A stretch of DNA of 64,000 nt from contig DATFMP010000022.1 in the NCBI GenBank assembly GCA_035266845.1, positions 13,550 to 77,549 of the forward strand. Reading direction: 5' to 3'. The position numbers and the translations under genes are program-made. Below the pieces are notes generated by a model. That model was not told the DNA's origin. It was given only the letters and a program-made list of their open reading frames with translations, and made no database searches. The number at the start of each line of letters is the position of its first letter. Within the stretch, counting starts at the first letter, position 1. Positions 56,470 to 64,000 of the stretch are shown piece after piece. The DNA comes from a bacterium (GTDB lineage: Bacteria; SAR324; JACQKK01).

Positions 56470-56515
56470 CGAAAATTCGCTTGACACGTATTTTCGCTGT
56501 TGATTACACTCGCCG
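56470..56515 (+). promoter_or_regulatory. putative sigma-70 promoter (TTGACA-N17/18-TACACT) with overlapping GCGAAAATTCGC palindrome upstream of aceBA
   Basis: AT-richer stretch, unusual for this genome: tagcgaaaattcgcTTGACAcgtattttcgctgttgatTACACT, ~60 nt upstream of the aceB ATG. Confidence 0.3.
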
Positions 56516-56574
56516 CGAGTGGCCCTTCCGGCTGGAGCGGGCCGACCCTACGCACCGCAACTGGAGACCCGGTC

Positions 56575-58266
56575 ATGAACGCCACGGCCCGTACCCGCGA
56601 CCGCGACCCGGCGCCCCAACCCATCGCCCCTGTCCCCGGCATGGAGCTGCCGGCGGCCGCCTGGACGTCCGACGCCCAGATCGTGCTGACACCCAAGGCC
56701 GCGGAGCTGCTGGTGGCGTTGCACCGGCACTTCGAGCCGGAGCGGCGCGCGCTGCTGGCGGCCCGACGGGAGCGGCAGGCCGCCTGGGACGGCGGCGAGC
56801 TGCCGGACTTTCCTCCCCGCGATACGGAGGCCGTGCGGGGCGGCTGGCGCGTGGCGCCGATCCCGGAGGATCTGCTCCGCCGCCGCGTGGAGATCACGGG
56901 ACCCTGCAACTCGCCCAAGATGGTGATCAACATGCTCGGCCGCGCCGCGGATGGCATCCGCGCGGATACGGCCATGCTGGACTTCGAGGACGCGCTGATG
57001 CCCGCCTGGGGCAACCTGATGGCGGGGCAGCGCAACGTTCGCGCCGTGGCCGAGGGCCAGTTGGAGCACGAGGAGCCCGCCGGCGGCGGCAAGCCCCGGC
57101 GCGTGTACCGCCTGGACCCGGCGGACATGGCCCTGCCCATCGTGCGGCCGCGCGGCCTGCACCTGCTGGAGAGCAACTGCCGCGTGGATAGCGCGCCGGT
57201 CTCCGGGGCCCTGTTCGATCTGGCGCTGAGCTGTTTCCACAGCGCGGGGCGACTGCTGGAGCGGGGGCACACCCCGGCCTACTACCTGCCCAAATGCGAG
57301 GATGCCGCCGAGGCCCGCTGGTGGGATGCCGTGCTGGCGGCGCTGGAGGACGCGCTGGGCTTGGGCCGCGGGGCGCTCAAGGCCACGTTCCTCATCGAAA
57401 CGCTGCCCGCCGCGCTGCAGATGGAGGAGATCCTCTTCGCCAGCCGCGATCACGCCGTGGGCCTGAACGTGGGCCGCTGGGACAAGATCTTCAGCGACAT
57501 CAAAACGTTGCGCTTCCACGCGGACCGCATTCTGGCGGATCGGGCCAGCATCACCATGCAGCGACCGTGGATGGAGGCCTACGCCCGGCGCTGCGTGCAG
57601 ATCAGCCACCAGCGCGGCGCGCTGGGCCTAGGCGGCATGGCCGCCTTCACACCGGGACGCACGCCGGCCGTGCGCGCCGCCCAGACGGAGAAGGTGCGCG
57701 CCGACAAGCGCACCGAGCACGACCTGGGCCACGACGGCTGCTGGGTGTCGCACCCCTACTTCATCGGGCCGGCACTGGAGCAGTTCCCCGAGCGCAACCA
57801 GCTGGGCGTGCTGCACCGCGAGGCGGAGCGCTATCCCGACCTGCTGCCCCAGGGCGGCGGACCCTACACACTGGCCGGGCTGCGCACCAACGTGCGCGTG
57901 GGCATCGGCTACCTGGAGGGCTGGCAGCGCGGCATCGGCTGCGTGGCCTGGGAAGACCTGATGGAGGACTTGGCCACGCTGGAGATCTCCCGCGCGCAGA
58001 CCTGGCAGTGGTTGCACCACGGCGTGCGCCTGCAGGATGGCGACCGTGCCGGCCCGGCGGTCACCGAGGCGTTGGTGCGCCGTACCTTCGCCGAGGAGCT
58101 GGAGCGCATCGTGGGCCCCGAGTGCGCGGACCTGGCCGCGGCGCGGGGCGAATCGCCCGCGGCGGTGGCGGCCAGCTTCGAGCGCGCGGCGCGCGAGGCC
58201 GAGGCCATCTTCACGCGCAGCGAGCTGACGGACTTTCTCTACGAGGCTTCGCCGCCCGTGGCATGA
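56575..58266 (+). CDS. aceB: malate synthase A
   Basis: LFDLALSCFHSA and GLNVGRWDKIFS family regions; catalytic Asp in HDLGHDGCWVSHP; ATG at 56575. Confidence 0.9.
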   Translation: MNATARTRDRDPAPQPIAPVPGMELPAAAWTSDAQIVLTPKAAELLVALHRHFEPERRALLAARRERQAAWDGGELPDFPPRDTEAVRGGWRVAPIPEDLLRRRVEITGPCNSPKMVINMLGRAADGIRADTAMLDFEDALMPAWGNLMAGQRNVRAVAEGQLEHEEPAGGGKPRRVYRLDPADMALPIVRPRGLHLLESNCRVDSAPVSGALFDLALSCFHSAGRLLERGHTPAYYLPKCEDAAEARWWDAVLAALEDALGLGRGALKATFLIETLPAALQMEEILFASRDHAVGLNVGRWDKIFSDIKTLRFHADRILADRASITMQRPWMEAYARRCVQISHQRGALGLGGMAAFTPGRTPAVRAAQTEKVRADKRTEHDLGHDGCWVSHPYFIGPALEQFPERNQLGVLHREAERYPDLLPQGGGPYTLAGLRTNVRVGIGYLEGWQRGIGCVAWEDLMEDLATLEISRAQTWQWLHHGVRLQDGDRAGPAVTEALVRRTFAEELERIVGPECADLAAARGESPAAVAASFERAAREAEAIFTRSELTDFLYEASPPVA

Positions 58267-58330
58267 GCGGCGCCCGCCCGAACCGGGGCGCGGCTTTCCG
58301 GCGACGCCCCCACGACCATCCGGAGATCCC

Positions 58331-59596
58331 ATGGAACCACAGACCGACCCCCGGCCCAGCCGGCCCTCGCCCCTGGAGCCACCGCGCCGTCCCGAGCAGC
58401 CGCCCGAAAGCACGCCCACCCCCACGGCCAACGGCCGCGCGCACTGGGAGGCCCTCCGCGCGGAGCGCGCCCGGCCCGCGGAGACGCCCGAGGCACGCTT
58501 CCAGGAGTTTCGCTTCCCCACGGAGCACCCCAGCACCCTGCTGCGGCGGCTGCTGCGCGACGAGCCCTACGTGTTCGCGCCGGGGCTTTACAACGCGGGC
58601 GGCGTGAAGCTGGCAGCACACGCGGGCTTCAAGGCCGCCTACCTGAGCGGCTACTCCTATGCCGTGGAGGAACACGGCGTGACGGACGTGGGCGCCTTCA
58701 GCCGAAACGAGCTGGCCGAACAGGCCGCGCGCATGGTGCGCGCCTCCGCCTATTGGCAGCGCGAGCGCTACGTGACGGACGGTGAGCTGCGCGAGCCCCT
58801 GCCTCTGGTGATGGACATGGAAGACGGCCACGGCGGCTTCGGGCAGGTGCAGATGCTGATGCAGCAGATTGTGCCCACCGGTGTGGCTGCGGGTCACCTG
58901 GAGGATCAGGCGGAGCGCCGCTGCGGCCACCTGCCGGGCAAGATGCTGGTGCCGGTGGAAAAGCAGATCGAACGCCTGCTGGCCGCCCGCAGCGAGGCGG
59001 ATCAGCTCGGCTGCGACGACTTCGTGCTCATCGCCCGCACGGACGCTGCCACCGCGCGCTACACGCCGGAGGGCCGGCCGGGGGGCATCGACCTGGCCAT
59101 CGAGCGCACGCTGGCCTACGCCCGCGCGGAGATTCACAACCGTCGCGCCATCGACTTGGCTTGGTGCGAGTTCAAGGACCAGGACTGGGAGGCGATCTGC
59201 CACTGGGCCCGCGCCGTGCGCGCCGAGCACCCGGACCTGGAGTTGGCCATCAACCTGTCCTCGTCCTTCGACTGGACCAACCCGCGCTTCCTGCCCGTGT
59301 TCAGCATGGAGCAACTGGCCGAGGAGGGCTTCCGCTACCTGTTTATGACCCTGGCGGACAACCACGCCGGGCGCAACGGGAGCTGGGAGTTCTTCCGCGA
59401 CATCCAGGCCCGGGGCACCGCCGCCTTCCCAGACCTGCAGGAACGCGAGGCGCGCTCCGGCACCCCCTCCAGGAGCCACAACGTGCTGGCCGGCACGCCC
59501 ACCTACTTCACCGGCGGCACGGTGTTCGGCTCGCGCAGCTTCTCCTCGGGCGACGTGCGCGCCAGCGACGCCGCCCTGTCCGAGGTGGCGCCGTAA
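58331..59596 (+). CDS. aceA: isocitrate lyase family protein with P-rich N-terminal extension
   Basis: K(K/R)CGH signature as ERRCGHLPGK; PEP-mutase/ICL barrel; follows aceB. Confidence 0.85.
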   Translation: MEPQTDPRPSRPSPLEPPRRPEQPPESTPTPTANGRAHWEALRAERARPAETPEARFQEFRFPTEHPSTLLRRLLRDEPYVFAPGLYNAGGVKLAAHAGFKAAYLSGYSYAVEEHGVTDVGAFSRNELAEQAARMVRASAYWQRERYVTDGELREPLPLVMDMEDGHGGFGQVQMLMQQIVPTGVAAGHLEDQAERRCGHLPGKMLVPVEKQIERLLAARSEADQLGCDDFVLIARTDAATARYTPEGRPGGIDLAIERTLAYARAEIHNRRAIDLAWCEFKDQDWEAICHWARAVRAEHPDLELAINLSSSFDWTNPRFLPVFSMEQLAEEGFRYLFMTLADNHAGRNGSWEFFRDIQARGTAAFPDLQEREARSGTPSRSHNVLAGTPTYFTGGTVFGSRSFSSGDVRASDAALSEVAP

Positions 59597-59689
59597 CGGC
59601 GAACACCACCGCACCAGCAGTGCGGGGGAGCGCGGCTCCCCCGCACCCCCAAGACACCTCCTCAGAAATCGGCTTGGCGAAGGAAGCCC

Positions 59690-59775
59690 GACTCTTCGAG
59701 ACGGGCTCCTCCGGAACCCTCCTCAGGGAATCGTGCTTCCCGCCGCGTTCCTGAGGAGTGAGCGCGGCGAACGTC
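59690..59775. repeat. nested inverted-repeat element (CTTCGAGACG...CGTCTCGAAG enclosing CCTCAGGGA...TTCCTGAGG); related copies at 29310-29360 and 32936-33015
   Basis: Shared cores cttcgagacgcg / cctcagg / aacgcgg at three intergenic sites. Confidence 0.45.
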
Positions 59776-60021
59776 TCGAAGGGCGCGGCGGCCTGACCGT
59801 TCTTTCAGCTACGCCAACAGCAGTGCGCACGCATGGTCAACACTACAGCGATGTGTCATTTCGAGCGCAGCGAGCAATCTGCTTGCGGCCGACACAGCAC
59901 TGGGTGCCCTTGAACCATTCGGCTTGTCCCCACGCTCCAAGGGTGCTGAGATACCGGCGGCCCAACGCGGGACGCCCGCGTCCTTGTTCACCCGCCGGCG
60001 CCGGCTGCGCCGCCACGATTC

Positions 60022-60867
60022 GTGCGAGCGCAGATGGTCGCCATATCCGGACTGCAAGCCATTGTGCTGGGCCTCGTGCAGGGGCTCACCGAGTACATCC
60101 CCGTCAGCAGCACCGCGCACCTGCGCATCGTGCCGGCTCTGCTGGGCTGGGGCGACCCCGGTGCGGCGTTCTCCGCCGTGATCCAGCTCGGCACGCTGGT
60201 GGCCGTGCTGCTCTACTTCGCGCGCGATATCGGGCGCTTCACCGTGGCCGCGCTGGCCAGCTTGGTGAGCGCCGAGGCGCGCCGCTCGCCCGACGCGCGC
60301 ATGGCCTGGGCCATCGCCGCGGGCAACCTGCCCATCGTGGTGCTGGGGCTGGGCTTCCGGCACGTCATCGAGACCGAGCTGCGCTCGCTGTACATCATCG
60401 GCACCATGCTGATCGTGATCGCGCTGGGCCTGTGGTGGGCGGAGCGCCGCGGCACCGGCGAGGCGCCCATGGAGGGCCTCACCTTCCGGCGCGTGATGGC
60501 AATCGGCGCCTTCCAGGCGCTGGCGCTGATCCCGGGCTCCTCGCGCTCCGGCTCCACCATTCTGGGGGGCCTGCTGCTGGGGCTGAAGCGGGCCGATGCG
60601 GCGCGCTTCTCGTTCCTGCTGGGGATTCCGGCGATCCTGGGAGCGGCGCTGCTGGAACTGCCGCACGTGCTGGCGGGGGTGCGCGCGGGCGAGCTGACCG
60701 GCACCTCGCTGGTGCTGGGCCTGCTCACGGCCTGCGTGGTGGGCTATGCCTCCATCGCCTTCCTGCTGCGCTACCTGGAGCGCCGCACCACGCTGCTGTT
60801 CATCGTGTACCGGCTGGGGCTGGCCGGGGTGGTGTTGGGCTTGGCGGCGTCCGGGGTGATCCGCTAG
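60022..60867 (+). CDS. uppP: undecaprenyl-diphosphate phosphatase
   Basis: BacA motifs LTEYIPVSSTAHL and PGSSRSGSTI. Confidence 0.9.
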   Translation: MRAQMVAISGLQAIVLGLVQGLTEYIPVSSTAHLRIVPALLGWGDPGAAFSAVIQLGTLVAVLLYFARDIGRFTVAALASLVSAEARRSPDARMAWAIAAGNLPIVVLGLGFRHVIETELRSLYIIGTMLIVIALGLWWAERRGTGEAPMEGLTFRRVMAIGAFQALALIPGSSRSGSTILGGLLLGLKRADAARFSFLLGIPAILGAALLELPHVLAGVRAGELTGTSLVLGLLTACVVGYASIAFLLRYLERRTTLLFIVYRLGLAGVVLGLAASGVIR

Positions 60868-60876
60868 ACTGTACGC

Positions 60877-61080
60877 ATGAGCCTGGAACGCACCTGCTTC
60901 CTGTGCGGCAAGCCGGTCAGCATCCGCCGCCGCATGTCCGTCTTCTGCAGCGACCGCTGCGAGCTGCGCCACCGCGCCCTGGTGGGCGAGGCCCCGGCAG
61001 AGATGGTCTCGCGCAAAAACGCCAAGGCGCCAAGGGCGCAAGGACCGATGAGTTCCGGGAACCCCACGCCCTGGCGCTGA
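60877..61080 (+). CDS. small zinc-ribbon protein (YacG-like CxxC...CxxRC)
   Basis: CFLCGKPVSIRRRMSVFCSDRCEL. Confidence 0.4.
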   Translation: MSLERTCFLCGKPVSIRRRMSVFCSDRCELRHRALVGEAPAEMVSRKNAKAPRAQGPMSSGNPTPWR

Positions 61081-61348
61081 CCCGCAAAACAGCCGCATAC
61101 CCCAGCGGACCCGCCGAGAGGCCGTGCGCATCCACCGCTTCGTCGGCCGGGGATCGCGGGGGCTCCAGTTCCTTGTATTTCTCGGCTCGCATCCACGAGG
61201 CTCCGGCGGTTCCTGTTATTGGAAGTGCGCCGGGGTGGGCTCGCGAGCAATTCGGGGAAGGTCGCCAGATGCCGTCGCGGGGAGGGCCCCTGGCGGGCAG
61301 GAATCAGGGGAAAACCGTTCCCGCAGCGCCGACCAGCCCAGGCCCGAA

Positions 61349-62107
61349 TCACGGCTTGATCGCAGCTTTCTCTCGAATGGGGAAATCGAGACTTGCCAGG
61401 CTATGGTACTTGCGCTGCTTCAGAAGGCCGAGCCTGCGCATTCCAAGGAACGTCAAGACCCTTGCGATGAGTTTGACTTGCCGCCACCGGTTCACTGTCG
61501 CGATGGTCGGCTGCACACTCCGGTCCGGCGCGTAATACACGACTTTCACTGCGCCAACCCCGTCGCATTCCTCGACCAGCGGAGTGCCCGCTCGTCCCGG
61601 CATTCCACCGGAGGTGCGGTTGAATTCGTCCGTGAGCAGCATATACTCCGCGATCGGCACCTTGTTCTTCATCAAGCGGTGGGCCGTGATCACAGACACG
61701 CCGGAAAGCTCCTCGAACTTCCGGACTTTGCGTAGCGTGACTTCACCACAATGCAGGACCGTCTTGATCGTCAAATCCCCAATCTGCGAACATCCTCCGC
61801 ATTCACAAACCGCGTCCTTGACCATCTCCTGCTTGCGTTGCGCAAACGCCTGGAAGAATCCATTGACCTGATTGAGGGCGCTCTTGGCCACGGCGGGCAG
61901 GGTATGTTCCGTTGCCGGAGCATAGAACAAGGCAGCGTCACCCTCCAGCTTGTTCAAGATCAGAGGGTGTGCGGAGGCGTCAATGACGGAACTGAGCAGT
62001 TCCGACATGGCGGCTTCCGCATGGGCGAGACTCTGCTTCTGCCGATTCATGAATCGCGTATAGCCGCCAATGTCGGCCAGCACGATAACCGCTTGCTTTG
62101 TTGCCAT
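61349..62107 (-). CDS. hypothetical protein with N-terminal class-III nucleotidyl-cyclase-like motifs, located in a low-GC islet
   Basis: VIVLADIGGYTRFM (compare VLFADIVGFT) and KLEGDAALFY (compare KTIGDAYM), plus a CECGGC cluster. GC is clearly lower than in the flanks. Confidence 0.55.
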   Translation of the reverse strand: MATKQAVIVLADIGGYTRFMNRQKQSLAHAEAAMSELLSSVIDASAHPLILNKLEGDAALFYAPATEHTLPAVAKSALNQVNGFFQAFAQRKQEMVKDAVCECGGCSQIGDLTIKTVLHCGEVTLRKVRKFEELSGVSVITAHRLMKNKVPIAEYMLLTDEFNRTSGGMPGRAGTPLVEECDGVGAVKVVYYAPDRSVQPTIATVNRWRQVKLIARVLTFLGMRRLGLLKQRKYHSLASLDFPIREKAAIKP

Positions 62108-62235
62108 CTCCGCCCTTTCTGGATGCCCACCAAGTGATGGCGCCGCCGCGTGCCTTATCCGAGTTTGCAGGGATCAGATATTCCTGGTCAGGTCTTTCCG
62201 GCTTTGCGCGAGACGGAGCCAGGCGCGACCATCCG

Positions 62236-63363
62236 CTAATCAAAGCGAATCACCTGGCGGGCGACGCGGTTGCCGGCGAAGACGTTCTCCACGCAGGTGT
62301 TGATGTCCTCGAGTCGGTACTCCTTGGTGACGATGCCGTCCAGGTCGATGCGGCCTTCCTCGAACAGGCGCACGTACTTGGGGATGTCCCACTGGAACTG
62401 CGCATCGCCGAAGAGCACGCCCTGCACCTTCTTGCGCCACATGGCCAGGGTGTAGGGATCGAACGGCACTTCCTCGAACGCGGAGGCGCCCACGCCCACC
62501 AGGCACATGGTGCCGCCTTTGCGCAGGGCGCGGAAGGCAATGGCGAGGGTTTCCATGGCCTGATCGAAGCCCACGAACTCGAACGTGAAGTCCGTGCCCA
62601 TGCCCCAGGTGATGTCCATGATCTCGCGGATCACCTCATCCGGGTCGTGCTTGTTGAGCACGCCGTGGGTGGCGCCGAGCTTCTTGGCCATCTCCAGCTT
62701 TTCCGGATGCACGTCCACTGCGATGATCTTGCCCGCACCGCTCATGCGCGCGCCCTGGACGGCCGATAGCCCCAGTCCCCCGCAGCCCACGATGGTGACG
62801 GTCTCCCCCGGGCGGATGTGCACGGCGTTGGTGGCCGCGCCGAAGCCGGTGGTGAACCCGCAGCCCAGCAGGCACACCCGCTCCAGCCGGATGTAGTCCG
62901 GCACTTTGACCAGGGAGGCCTCGGGCACCACGGAGTACTCGCCCCAGGTGCTGACGAACAGGAAGCTGCTCACGTCCGTGCCGTCCAGACGGTGGTGGCG
63001 GGTGGTGCCGTCCAGCATGCGCCCTGTGCGCAGGTGCGCGCCCAGGTCGCACATGTTGGGCTGACCCGTGTGGCACCAACGGCACTTGCCGCAGGCCGGC
63101 AGGTACGTGAGGATCACGTGGTCGCCCTTGGCCACGGACGTCACGCCCTCGCCCACCTCCTCGATGATCCCCGCGCCCTCGTGCCCCAGCACCACCGGGA
63201 ACGGCCGCGCCAGATCGCCCGTGACCACGTGCAGGTCGCTGTGGCACACGCCCGTGGCCACCATGCGCACCAGCACCTCGCCCGCCTGGGGCGGATCCAG
63301 CTCCAGCTCCTCGATCTTGAACGGCTGCTTCGGCCCTTCCAGCACGGCCGCTTTCATGCGCAT
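62236..63363 (-). CDS. zinc-dependent alcohol dehydrogenase (class III ADH-like)
   Basis: GVCHSDLH, GHEGAG and CGKCRWC structural-zinc motifs; GCGGLGLS NAD site. Confidence 0.9.
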   Translation of the reverse strand: MRMKAAVLEGPKQPFKIEELELDPPQAGEVLVRMVATGVCHSDLHVVTGDLARPFPVVLGHEGAGIIEEVGEGVTSVAKGDHVILTYLPACGKCRWCHTGQPNMCDLGAHLRTGRMLDGTTRHHRLDGTDVSSFLFVSTWGEYSVVPEASLVKVPDYIRLERVCLLGCGFTTGFGAATNAVHIRPGETVTIVGCGGLGLSAVQGARMSGAGKIIAVDVHPEKLEMAKKLGATHGVLNKHDPDEVIREIMDITWGMGTDFTFEFVGFDQAMETLAIAFRALRKGGTMCLVGVGASAFEEVPFDPYTLAMWRKKVQGVLFGDAQFQWDIPKYVRLFEEGRIDLDGIVTKEYRLEDINTCVENVFAGNRVARQVIRFD

Positions 63364-63467
63364 GGGGTCACCTCTGCGGGTTGGAACATGGGGCTCGGGG
63401 CCGCAGCCCCTGCGATTCCGTCAGCCCGTCGCTGCGCGGCCCCAGGACGGCAGCGTGCGCGGGCGGT

Positions 63468-64000
63468 TCAGTCGAAGCGGATCACCTGCCGCGCCACGCG
63501 GTTTTCCGCCAGGATATTCTCGATGGCCGTATTGATGTCCTCCAGTCGCAGCTCCTTGGTGACCAGCCCGTCCAGGTCCAGCCGCCCTTCCTCGTACAGG
63601 CGCACGTAGCGGGGAATGTCCGTGCGGAACTGGGCATCGCCGAACAACACGCCCTGCATGGTGCGGCGATAGTGGGGGATGTCCCAGGGGCGGATCGGCA
63701 CCTCCTGGATGTCGCTGGCGCCCACGCCGCAGATGGTCACCGTGCCCCCCTTGCGCGCGGAGTGGTAGACGATGGGCCAGGTCGTCTCCACCTGATCCCA
63801 GCCCACGAACTCGAACGTGTAGTCCGTGCCCACGCCCCAGGTGATGTCCATCACCTGCCGCACCACGTCGTCCGGGTCGCCCGCGTTGATGATGCCGTGG
63901 GTAGCGCCGAACTTCTTGGCCATCTCCAGCTTCTCGGGGTGCTTGTCCACCGCGATAATCTTGCCCGCGCCGCTGATGCGCGCGCCCTGGATGGCCGATA
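63468..64000 (-). CDS. second zinc-dependent alcohol dehydrogenase paralog (partial, N-terminus beyond the window end)
   Basis: C-terminal half ~70% identical to the preceding ADH. Confidence 0.85.
   Translation of the reverse strand, partial: SAIQGARISGAGKIIAVDKHPEKLEMAKKFGATHGIINAGDPDDVVRQVMDITWGVGTDYTFEFVGWDQVETTWPIVYHSARKGGTVTICGVGASDIQEVPIRPWDIPHYRRTMQGVLFGDAQFRTDIPRYVRLYEEGRLDLDGLVTKELRLEDINTAIENILAENRVARQVIRFD

Noticed and set aside
1-64000. CRISPR arrays, tRNA/rRNA genes, integrases, transposases or prophage genes
   Set aside because: No short regularly spaced direct repeats, no GTTCGAATC-type T-loops in tRNA-sized contexts outside coding genes, and no recombinase-like proteins were found.

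Overview
This is a ~70% GC chromosomal window from a Gram-negative bacterium (LptD, outer-membrane proteins, sigma-54 activator, PilZ). It is mostly housekeeping. The gene order is: DnaJ-like (partial) / trmB / giant membrane J-domain protein / yicC / gmk / relA / thioesterase / murD / cofG / K-A-P-rich histone-H1-like fusion to a hydroxyacid dehydrogenase / cofE / trxA / truA / hslO / lptD / OMP / PilZ / pepN / phosphoesterase / pentapeptide-repeat protein / M48-TPR protease / nth / aspartate kinase / trmH-family / dus / sigma-54 activator / DCC-family thiol oxidoreductase with an in-frame TGA / B12-binding protein / GNAT / SEDS (rodA-like) / priA / hypothetical / ATL / tgt / DAHP synthase / CMD / ECF sigma / ABC-2 exporter / HlyD-ABC-FtsX exporter / SRPBCC / SAM-MTase / slyD / aceB-aceA / uppP / small Zn-ribbon / cyclase-like protein / tandem Zn-ADHs. 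I found no tRNA, rRNA, CRISPR array or obvious mobile element. Because of the high GC there are many long ORFs in alternate frames; I kept only those whose translated sequence looks like real protein (recognisable family motifs, non-R/A/G/P-dominated composition, sensible start). The most interesting items are: (1) a DUF393/DCC thiol-disulfide oxidoreductase homolog whose first CxxC cysteine codon is an in-frame TGA, either a selenocysteine UxxC selenoprotein candidate or a point-mutated pseudogene; (2) a genuine fusion of a ~250 aa lysine/alanine/proline-rich histone-H1-like tandem-repeat domain to a HIBADH-type dehydrogenase; (3) an ~820 aa membrane protein with a periplasmic beta-propeller/TPR region and a C-terminal cytoplasmic J-domain, in an operon with yicC-gmk; (4) two families of intergenic palindromic repeat elements; (5) a ~420 nt lower-GC noncoding region ending in a canonical intrinsic terminator immediately upstream of DAHP synthase; (6) a small class-III-cyclase-like protein in a low-GC islet.
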